From Tubiluchus corallicola (taxonomy: Eukaryota > Animalia > Priapulida), in assembly GCA_030141605.1 (NCBI GenBank), contig JAQGDQ010001041.1, forward strand, positions 1-64,000: a DNA stretch of 64,000 bases, written 5' to 3'. Below, piece after piece: positions 1-9,188 of this stretch. The translations under genes were made by a program, and so were the position numbers. Every line of letters starts with the position of its first letter. The first letter of the stretch is position 1. The notes beneath the pieces were generated by a model. It ran no database searches, was not told where the DNA came from, and saw nothing but the letters and a program-made list of their open reading frames with translations.

Positions 1-278
1 ACTGACACGAAAATCATGCAAAGTTGAAAATTGTAAGCTCTCCGATCTAATGCACAATTTTGATAGAACATATAAATTTGCAGTATGTTTACTATGTACA
101 CGAGTATACTTTTAAAAATTCACTCTTTTTTGCTTTATGAATGTGCAAAAATAGTTTCTATGATCATTGAACTATTTAATCTGACACGATATACGTTATT
201 GTAATTAAAATGCTCCGTAAATTTTTGTTAATTGTAAAAATTGATCTGTTATAGAAAATTATGTAACATATTTATTTA

Positions 279-362
<84 letters not shown>
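279..362. repeat. (TAC)n microsatellite abutting the element's left end
   Basis: Perfect TAC run of about 28 units ending at 362. Confidence 0.95.
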
Positions 363-1065
363 AGTAGGATAGATGTTACACCTCTGGCCGATTTCCCGGG
401 GGGGGTGGGGATTTCCCCGGGGGGGTGGGGAAAAACACCCCTAAAAAAGTGCGAAAATCCGGGAAAACCCCTAAAAAAGTGTGAAAACCCGTGTGAAAGT
501 GCGCACGTGACCGAAATCGACGAAAAAGCGCGAAAAACAAAGAAAAACGAAGAAAAGGCGTGTGAAACGAGGTAAAAATTTTCCATTTTTTCCCTCCCGC
601 ATGGCTTCATTTGGATCGAATGACCTTGAACTCTAGGTCACGTGACCAAAGTTCATTGACCCCTGGCCCCTGGATGGCTTCTTTTTTTGACGCCCCATTT
701 TAAACCGCGCGAAAGTGCGTGAAAGCGCGTGAAAGCGCATGAAAGCGTGTGAAAGTGTGTGAAAGTGTGTGAAACGAGGTAAAAAGCGCCTCAAACGAAG
801 AAAAAGGGAGAAGTGGAGTTCCCGCCGAGGACTAATTAGTGCTAATTGGCGCTAATTGGCGCTAATTGGGGAGCCCCTGCCACCCCTCCGCCGCGTGCAA
901 ACGTCCGTCCCGGGGGTCGGGGACACCCCCCCTGCAACCCACCCCTCCGTCGCGTGGAATCGTCCACTGCAGGCAATGAGGGAAATCTTTTTCCCGCCAC
1001 TCGCGCAGTGCCGGCCCTTTTCCGCGACCACTTCTCTCTCTCGGGTGTCCTCCCTTTTCCGCGAC
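363..1065 (+). repeat. Left terminal inverted repeat (703 bp)
   Basis: Reverse complement of 2722-3450 up to TTCCGCGAC. Mirrored ORFs (359..610 - and 3203..3577 +) have identical translations over the shared part. Confidence 0.95.
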
Positions 1066-1120
1066 CACTTCTCTCGCGGGTTTAGATGTGTGTGTGTGTG
1101 TGTGTGTGTGCGTGTGGAGA

Positions 1121-1174
1121 TTTATTTCAAACGCCAAAGTTCGATAAATGCATTTTCACAAATCTTTTTTTATT
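1121..1174 (-). terminator. Candidate polyadenylation signals of the element cassette
   Basis: AATAAA on the minus strand at 1174-1169 and 1126-1121, in an AT-rich stretch downstream of the TBP-like stop and just before the left TIR. Confidence 0.5.
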
Positions 1175-1322
1175 GATGGATTACAAAAAATTTTTTTTAC
1201 ATTTTTTATGCAAAATACATACGTGCTAAAACTAGATTATTATTATTATTATGGTGACATGATAGTTCTACATTTTACGTTTTTTTCGCAAATTACACAA
1301 ATTACGCAAAATTACAGTAAAA

Positions 1323-1907
1323 CTACACTAATGACGACGAGCGAGTACATGGATTGTCGTCGTCGATGTGATACAGACAAACGTTATTGTTGTTAAAAAC
1401 GAATTCGTTAAATTTGCGGAAAACGCGAGAGAAATCCTCGACCTTTGTCCCGCCCATCATTATTATGCTTCCGGTGTGAAAAATGTTCAGAGTAATTTGC
1501 TCGCATTTGCAAGTTAGTTTGGGAAATAGTTCCACTTCGTAAAACACTTCTCTAAAAGAATGCGTCGAAGGACGAACGAGTTCTTCGTACAGTGCACCCA
1601 GTTTCAATCTGCAGCGAATTTTGGCTCTGGCGGTGATGGTGCGAATTGCGATCCCGTCGGCGGGCGTCAGTCCGAGACCTTTCGAGAGTTCTTCGATCGC
1701 ATTGCGTAGTACTTTTTCCTCCGAAAAACCGTTGGCCACCACGGAGCCGGAGGCAAAAATCATCAGCGTCCCGCCCAGTCGCTTTAGCAGAACCATTTGC
1801 GGTTTCCTTTCGTAGCGTCTTCCGCCTGTTCTCCGCCAGAGTTCGTTCAGATCGAAGCGCTGCGAGAACGAAGCAGTGGCGACGATGTTGACCGTTTGGA
1901 CTGACAC
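1323..1907 (-). CDS. Divergent TATA-binding-protein (TBP)-fold protein, about 194 aa; no ATG before the domain (GTG at 1907)
   Basis: Two TBP repeats: VNIVATASFSQRFDL...TLMIFASGSVVANG and FYEVELFPKL...TLNIFHTGSIIMMGGTK (compare TBP LIFSSGKMVCTG and YEPELFPGL). Length equals a bare TBP core. Confidence 0.85.
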   Translation of the reverse strand: MSVQTVNIVATASFSQRFDLNELWRRTGGRRYERKPQMVLLKRLGGTLMIFASGSVVANGFSEEKVLRNAIEELSKGLGLTPADGIAIRTITARAKIRCRLKLGALYEELVRPSTHSFREVFYEVELFPKLTCKCEQITLNIFHTGSIIMMGGTKVEDFSRVFRKFNEFVFNNNNVCLYHIDDDNPCTRSSSLV

Positions 1908-2359
1908 GTTAGTACGTAGTTGGCAATCGTTTCGGACGCCCGAACCGCTCTGCCTCGTCCGTTGCTCTGCCAACGTATGGCGGGCGGCGGGTGCTCGCTT
2001 TCCAGATCTTCTACGCGTATGACCACGCGATTTTTGGGGAGATGTTTTTTGACGAAATCGTACATCTCTGCCCCCTTGACGTAGGTGATCCTGCCTCTGG
2101 TGGTCTGTCGTAGAATGTTTTCCAATTCTGCGTACTCGATCATTCCCTCCTCCCACGAGATGCCGTGTATGTGTCTGATTAGGTAGTTGTAGGTGGATCG
2201 CTTGTGCTGGGGAACGCGATTCCAGGGGTGGGGCGGTTTGAAGGTGTAGTTGTGATATATGCCGGTCTCTATTTCGCGAATTACCAAATTTTTGACCAGG
2301 TATTCTTCTTTTCCGCACTGGAAGGCATCTATGGTGAGAACTATGCTCGATTCAGACAT
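1847..2359 (-). CDS. 170-aa protein, probable DnaQ/DEDD-like exonuclease fold (possibly degenerate)
   Basis: ATG start and globular composition. Motifs IDAFQ..EYLVKNLVI, FKPPHPW, IHGISWEEG, YVKGAE and EDLE recall DnaQ-like proteins of invertebrate Polinton-like elements and DNA viruses (from memory). The ExoI DxE motif is incomplete. Confidence 0.6.
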   Translation of the reverse strand: MSESSIVLTIDAFQCGKEEYLVKNLVIREIETGIYHNYTFKPPHPWNRVPQHKRSTYNYLIRHIHGISWEEGMIEYAELENILRQTTRGRITYVKGAEMYDFVKKHLPKNRVVIRVEDLESEHPPPAIRWQSNGRGRAVRASETIANYVLTCQSKRSTSSPLLRSRSASI

Positions 2360-2702
2360 CTGTGACGATGGGGGGTCCTTCTACGCCGTCGGCAACGAGT
2401 TTTCCTTCGATGACGATTTGCTTGTGATTGTTCACAAATTCCAGAGACTTGATTTTTTCGAAGGTGTATTTTTTTATGACCTTGTTGGGGGCACTCTTGC
2501 GTGCGTTGGCGCGCTTGCCGCCCCGCGTCCCCGCTTGTTGTTGCTTGCGAGGAACGGTGGTTAGAGGTTGTTTGAAATCCTGCAAGAGAAGAAGAAGAAC
2601 AATAGTTATAGTATTGTTGTTCGCTAACGACAACTAGGCATTTTTGATGAGCCATTCTTTCAGATTTCTAGGTTTTTTGGGGGCAGTGGGGGTGAGCACC
2701 AT
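2352..2702 (-). CDS. Small basic protein with a histone H3-tail-like segment; in-frame TAG at 2636-2634 (short intron or nonsense mutation)
   Basis: Strong Kozak GCCGCCG-ATG-G at 2702 gives MVLTPTAPKKPRNLKEWLIKNA*. The same frame continues to DFKQPLTTVPRKQQQAGTRGGKRANARKSAPNKVIKK...TDV*. A pyrimidine tract plus CAG acceptor ends at 2580. Confidence 0.6.
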
Positions 2703-2721
2703 CGGCGGCGATGGAGGGGGC

Positions 2722-3450
2722 GTCGCGGAAAAGGGAGGACACCCGAGAGAGAGAGAAGTGGTCGCGGAAAAGGGCCGGCACTGCGCGAGTGGCGGGAAAA
2801 AGATTTCCCTCATTGCCTGCAGTGGACGATTCCACGCGACGGAGGGGTGGGTTGCAGGGGGGGGGGGTGTCCCCGACCCCCGGGACGGACGTTTGCATGC
2901 GGCGGAGGGGTGGCAGGGGCTCCCCAATTAGCGCCAATTAGCGCCAATTAGCACTAATTAGTCCTCGGCGGGAACTCCACTTCTCCCTTTTTCTTCGTTT
3001 GAGGCGCTTTTTACCTCGTTTCACACACTTTCACACACTTTCACACGCTTTCATGCGCTTTCACACGCTTTCACGCGCTTTCATACACTTTCGCGCGGTT
3101 TCGCGCGGTTTAAAATGGGGCGTCAAAAAAAGAAGCCATCCAGGGGCCAGGGGTCAATGAACTTTGGTCACGTGACCTAGAGTTCAAGGTCATTCGATCC
3201 AAATGAAGCCGTGCGGGAGGGAAAAAATGGAAAATTTTTACCTCGTTTCACACGCCTTTTCTTCGTTTTTCTTTGTTTTTCGCGCTTTTTCGTCGATTTC
3301 GGTCACGTGCGCACTTTCACACGGGTTTTCACACTTTTTTAGGGGTTTTCCCGGATTTTCGCACTTTTTTAGGGGTGTTTTTCCCCACCCCCCCGGGGAA
3401 ATCCCCACCCCCCCCGGGAAATCGGCCAGAGGTGTAACATCTATCCTACT
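2722..3450 (-). repeat. Right terminal inverted repeat (729 bp)
   Basis: Differs from the left TIR by two extra 10-bp GAAA units, a longer G-run, one extra CT unit and a few substitutions. Confidence 0.95.
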
Positions 3451-3510
3451 CACAGTTTCTGTACGTAGTAATGTTTGTACTTATTTACAAGTGAGGCTAA
3501 TATACAGTAA

Positions 3511-3925
3511 GGGCATGGTCAGACTAGTGAGTTTTCTGTCGCGAGATTTCTTTCTGACAGCAAACTTGCAAGTGTAAACTGCTTTGCGAGTTACTGTAAA
3601 AAATTGCAAACTCGGCACCGGTTGACGTGAGTTGATTCACTGTCTAGTGTGAAAGCTTCAGGGAGTTACTCTCAACACTTGTGTGACAATGAACAGTGAA
3701 GTGAGTGTCAGCTTGCACTTACTGTCAGAGAGTAACTCGCAGCAAGTTTTGCCCTCTAGTCTGAACATGTTTGTGAGTTACTGTCTAGTGTGAAAGCCTC
3801 AAGGAGTTACTCTCAACACTTGTGTGACAATAAACAGTGAAGTGAGTGTCAGCTCGCACTTACTGTCACAGAGTAACTTGCAGCAAGTTTTGCTCTCTAG
3901 TCTGAATGCACTTGCGAGTTACTTG
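3511..3925. mobile_element. MITE-like repeat with an internal 141-bp duplication
   Basis: Inverted ends CATGGTCAGACTAG / CTAGTCTGAACATG (3756-3769). CTGTCTAGTGTGAAAGC recurs at 3640 and 3781. Related sequence lies at 18186-19102 (reverse) and about 31535-31620. Confidence 0.65.
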
Positions 3926-4574
3926 CGAATGCACCAGTTTAAAGTTAAAGTAAAAGTTTGGTAATTATGATTTCATTTGATAATTTTCACGTAATTAAGC
4001 GTCACTGAAAAGTTCAACTGTATTTCTCAAAGGAGTCTTTATGTTTTTATGAATATTTTAGCTAAACACATGCCAGATTTTATAAAATAAGTTTTAAAGA
4101 CCATCTAAAACATCACAAGATATCACATAATTTTATTAACACACAACTTATTTTCTCATGTAAACTTACTTTCAGTAATTTCAGTGTAATTTCAATAACA
4201 CAAACTGCTACGTATACCTTCGCGTACGGCTATGAACACAAAAACAACGTTAAAAGCCAAAGTTCAGATATCATTAAGCAATGCCGTCAGATACGCAAAT
4301 TCTATTTGCTTAAATCACAGCTAAAATAACAGAAATAAAATATGCCTAATCCCGCATAATAGTACAAACCCAAAGTAAATCCTTAAACCAACTGTAGATA
4401 AAACAGGGTCATATAAAAGACATGTAAGGAGTTAACATTAAAGATTTCTGTGAGTGTTTTGCTGTTATATGGAAGTTAGCACTGTCTATTTGATGTAGAG
4501 TTGTTCAGAGAATGTTCTCTTGTATTTTCTATGTACATTAGGCTTTGTCCCAAACAAGTAACAAGTTTCACGAC

Positions 4575-4970
4575 TGAAAGAGCCAAACAGAATGCAATAA
4601 AAGAGCCTAACAGAATGCAATGAAAGAGCCTATCGGAATGCAATGAACGACCACAACAGAATGCAAAGAAAGAGCCTAGCAGGATGAAATTAAAGAGCTT
4701 AATAGAGTGCAATGAAAGAGCCTAACAGAATGTAGTGAAAGAACCTAATAGAATGCGACGAAAGAGCCCAACAAAATGCAACGAAAAAGCCTAAAGGAAT
4801 GGAATGAAAGAGCCTAATGGAGTGCAAAGAAAGAGCCCAATGGAATGCAATGAGAAACCCTAACAGAATGCAATGAAAGAACCTGACAGAATGCAACGAA
4901 AGAGCCTAACAGAATGCAACGAAAAAGCATAAAGGAATGGAATGAAAGAGCTTAACAAAATGGAATGCAA
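4575..4970. repeat. ~23-bp minisatellite (GAAAGAGCCTAACAGAATGCAAT)
   Basis: Degenerate tandem copies are visible. Confidence 0.85.
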
Positions 4971-5502
4971 GACCAAAACCGAATGTATTGAGTTTGGCAG
5001 CTGATTTTGCAAAACAAATGCGCAGCATTGCGTTTTCAAGAAACATAAAATCACTGCACTGCCCATGAGTAAATTTCATACTTGAAAAGCGCATAATACA
5101 CCAACTCCCAAATTCACTAACCTCAGACTATAGGCTCAAATTTATCAAACACAACATGGAAATCAATCTCAGTCAATTATCATTTTTTGTTTGCAAAACA
5201 TCTCTTTGCTCTAGAAGCGTAGTAATGTCGGTCTCTGGCTTAAGCTACTAAATGATGGTGGCTGATGTTTACATAGCACTAAATTGCATGAGTAATAATT
5301 GATAACCCTGACAGTGTGAGTTGATTTAATCCAAGTTTGCTACTACTGTAGATTACTAAGGCCACCAGATTATTGAACATATTTTCTTAACCTTTCCAAG
5401 TCATGACGATGTCGTAATAACAATTTTTCTGTGACTTTATCAGCTGTGTGGTTTATCTTATTAAATGCACCTAAACTACTAGGTCTACTAGTATAATGCT
5501 TA

Positions 5503-6017
5503 AAAAAATGTTTCATATCATTTATAGTTTCAAAGCAAGTAAAAAAATGTTTCATATCATTTATAGTTTCAAAGCAAGTAAAAAAACTTTTCATATCATT
5601 TATAGTTTCAAAGCAAGTAAAAAAAACTTTTCATATCATTTATAGTTTCAAAGCAAGTAATAAAACTTTTCATATCATTTATAGTTTCAAAGCAAGTAAA
5701 AAACTTTTCATATCATTTATAGTTTCAAAACAAGTAAAAAAAACTTTTCATATCATTTATAGTTTCAAAGCAAGTAAAAAAAATTTCATATCATTTATAG
5801 TTTCAAAACAAGTAAAAAAACTTTTCATATCATTATAGTTTCAAAGCAAGCAAAAAAACTTTTCATATCATTTATAGTTTCAAAGCAAGTAAAAAACTTT
5901 TCATATCATTTATAGTTTCAAAGCAAGTAAAAAAAACTTTTCATATCATTATAGTTTCAAAGCAAGTAAAAAAAACTTTTCATATCATTTATAGTTTCAA
6001 AGCAAGTAAAAAAAACT
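5503..6017. repeat. ~39-40-bp minisatellite (TTTCATATCATTTATAGTTTCAAAGCAAGTAAAAAAACT)
   Basis: About 13 near-identical copies. Confidence 0.95.
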
Positions 6018-7970
6018 TGAGTTCAAACCATTTCCTTTATCACTAACCACAGAATGCTAGTGACAAATGATAAAAGGTGACTAATAATTGTTGTAGTAAG
6101 TGTTACTAAGCTTCAATAATTTAGTAATTTCAGTAATTTGTTACTAAAATTCTAATTTTCAATTTCTATGCAAGCACAGTGAAAAGGTCAGATGTCGCAA
6201 CACTACAAAACTGTAAAAATATATCAACTTAGTAGTACTTACACATCTTTATATCGTAGCAACAAATGTAGCTGAAATGTATGCTATTTATTACCCATGT
6301 AGTAAAAATGACGCCAATGGCAATCGAGAACCAAATAGTAACAAAAACGAATGAAGTATGACAAGTTACTAGATATTTAACTCTAGATAATAAAGTGACA
6401 GTGTGTTGTGCAACTTCTACTCAATGAAGAATTAATGGTAAAATTTTATGTACTGTTAACATACATTAATTATATTTTAAGAGTAAGCAAGTGTCTTTAT
6501 TTATCACCTTTTTACAAGAAAAACACAATGCATAAAACGATAATATGATACAATGTAAGAAAATTATATGATGATTAATTTATCTGAGATATAAAATTGT
6601 CTGCCAAAGATTGCTTATATAAAGTTTGTAGGAATTAAAACTTAAGTATCACGTAAAGTAATTCTTTTCATTTAATTTTTGTGTGAGCACCGAAATTTTA
6701 AAACGTCTCCATCTTGGCGCATGCGCTAGGTCAAAGACTTTTAGAAGTATATTATTCAAGACTTCAAGACTAAAATACAAGGATTGCGGCCATCATTGCA
6801 CATGAAAGCATTAAATGAATGTATGAAAGTTGATTTAATGAAGCTCGTAAGTATGTACAGTTAAATGTAGTCTAACCGTATGATGGGATTGTTAAGCAAT
6901 TAATGAGTACAAGTGTAAAGCATAAAATTAAAGAAGAAAAAAATTTGATTTGAAACACTTTATTAGCAAGACCATTATGGTCAGTTACAAGTAAGTAAAC
7001 AAATGTTATGGAATGTATAAAAATTACTATTAGGAACTATTTCATATGCAGTCACGTAAAATGACAACGTACGAAATAATAATTACCTGTGATTATTTTG
7101 TCTACTTACGATCGCAAATTATTGTGAATTTAGAAAGTTTTATCACCAATCATGCAGATGCAGATTGAAAGCAAAACTCAACACACACATAACTTGGGAG
7201 CTGAGCTTCTTCACACTGCCAGCCATACATTCGCACCTCAGCAAAATGGTCTTTATTGTTGAACACACCAAAATTTAAGCATAATGTGTACAAGTTCACA
7301 AATATTATTAATAAATATAATGTGATATACATAATAATAATAATAATAGTATTAGTAATTATAATAATGATATTAAAAACTTTATAACACAAGTTACACA
7401 AGGCTTTATTGCATTAAGTACATTGAGATGTCTGCTAGTTTATCTGGAATGCGCAACAAGAATTTTTTGTGATAAGAAATAAATTATATGTACCAGCTGT
7501 TACCAAACATGCACTTAATAAGCATGGCATAAACTTGTCGTACAATAAAGTACACGTTAAACCGGTAACTGGACAAAAGTATCTCAACGAATTCAAGCCG
7601 GTAAAACAACTTAAAGTAAGTGATCATTCATACATTCAATCATGATCATTCGAACACCATGTTTACATTCACACATAGTACAAAATGTACATACAATGCA
7701 ATACTTGAATAAAATCATATGACAAAACAACTTCTATATAATATGCACAAATCAAGGCATATCCTTTGGTCAGGCCAGAAAATCTGACCTTTTCATGTTA
7801 CTATCATGGAATAAATTTTCTGGTTAAACTTTCGTAACTAGAAGGAGATAAAGCTATAAGCCTTTATGATTATACATGCAATGTTTTGTGCCTATATTAA
7901 ATAAAGCAAGATATCATTTGACACCTTACTTAGTATAAATTAAAACACACTCACTACAATCCATTTCAAC

Positions 7971-8460
7971 TTAAAGGAAAACCGGATGATAGTGTAATCA
8001 GAACGAAGAATGCTCAAAAATATTGAAAGCTACCTCGGATACTCAAATTTCATTAAGCTTTCAAAGCTACGCGCTCCTCAGTGAATCTACTGAGATTTTT
8101 AGTGGCGCCTTTTTGACACATGCGCGTGGCCGACAAATAGAAGGTGGTACCGTGATAACCATGACCATGAACTGCAGTGTTAGTTTCATGACGTCATATG
8201 ATGTAAAGCCCATTTTTCGTGACATCATGCATTTAAGCAGTACTGTAACACTTATGCAAATGTGCTTGACGTGCAAGGGAAGATGCCTGCCATTGCACAA
8301 ACTGTGGTTGGTTTCTGACATAAGCAATAGCTGTGTTCAGTACCCATTAATTAACTTTCTAAGCTAATTATTCAAATATAAGGAACAATAGTTAACTTTT
8401 ATAGACAAGAAAATGTATGTTTTGGACAGTAATCTAAACAATCGTCCAGTCTTCCTTTAA
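7971..8460. mobile_element. TTAA-flanked Kolobok/T2-like MITE, family A
   Basis: TTAA-AGGAAAACCGGATGAT ... ATCGTCCAGTCTTCCT-TTAA. An inverted homologue lies at 20195-20760. Confidence 0.8.
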
Positions 8461-8970
8461 TAGAATAATTTAAAACAGCGACTACAAATTCTAAGCAATT
8501 TCACATATCAAACAGTCATGGCAAAAAACCAAAATAAGAAGTCGGTCAAAAGTTAATAACCTATCAGCATAAATCTACTAGTCCTATAGACATGATGCAT
8601 AAAGGAATTATTTAAAATTTCTATAATATATATAATGGATAAATACAAGATATCTGCATTTACTTATAGATATAAGTAAGATGAATAATAAGGAAAATAT
8701 TATACAGTAGATAGTCAAATATATAAGTATTTAAAAAATTGTTCAATGATAACCAAGAAATACAACAAGCAATGCAAAACACAATGTGTAAGGCTACTGT
8801 AAAAAGTGAAAATAATGCTAGTGAATGGTACACGCTGCATTTACTACATCAGTTAAACAGCTGTAGGTACAGAGATATGCTTGCAAAAAAACAATAAGCC
8901 TTTTCAAAGGTTAAATGTACCACAGCAACACATCTTAAGTACAATCGTCATGTGACATGTGTGTAAACTT

Positions 8971-9188
8971 AGTTGTTTTACGTGGACTTAACTTAATTAT
9001 GCATTAGTCTGTGCGTAAGAGTGATTTACTAGTAGGATTTTGCTTGGGAACAACAAAAAATGAACTAGGAAAGGTCCTAGCTAGCTGTTAAAACTGTTAC
9101 TATTACAATAGCATGGGCTGCGAGGCGCTGTCAAGTGTACACAAATGCGTTGTCTGGTACACTCAACCTTTGACATTTTCACGATCAT
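8971..9188. repeat. Dispersed repeat fragment (copies at about 21351-21478 and 38341-38529)
   Basis: Shared CATTAGTCTGTG..GAGTGATTTACTA..GGGAACAA..GAACTAGG..GGTCCTAGCTA..CTGTTAAAA. Confidence 0.7.

Larger units (their letters stand above)
363..3450. mobile_element. Non-autonomous Polinton/Maverick-like element with long TIRs and a three-ORF cargo cassette
   Basis: Starts AGTAGGATAGATGTTACACC (363) and ends GGTGTAACATCTATCCTACT (3450). TIRs are about 700 bp. It is GC/CpG-rich against AT-rich flanks. 5'-AG...CT-3' termini with short AGT repeats are typical of Polintons. A possible 6-bp TSD is TACAGT(360-365)/CACAGT(3451-3456). No integrase, pPolB, ATPase or capsid ORF is present. Confidence 0.8.

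Noticed and set aside
359-1176. ORFs within the TIRs (and their mirrors at 2644-3577)
   Set aside because: They are by-products of GC-rich repetitive TIR sequence, and frame-shifting indels differ between the two TIRs.
1908-2318. N-terminal 137 aa of the 331-aa ORF 1323..2318
   Set aside because: It starts at a GTG, is Arg-rich shadow sequence, and overlaps the more protein-like 170-aa ORF. TBP similarity begins only at about 1907.
2469-2552. A real histone H3 gene or pseudogene
   Set aside because: There is no histone-fold sequence and no ARTKQT start; only tail-like motifs are present.
8023-8367. ORF pair similar to 20391..20612, suggesting paralogous genes
   Set aside because: The similarity is explained by two copies of a non-coding TTAA MITE.
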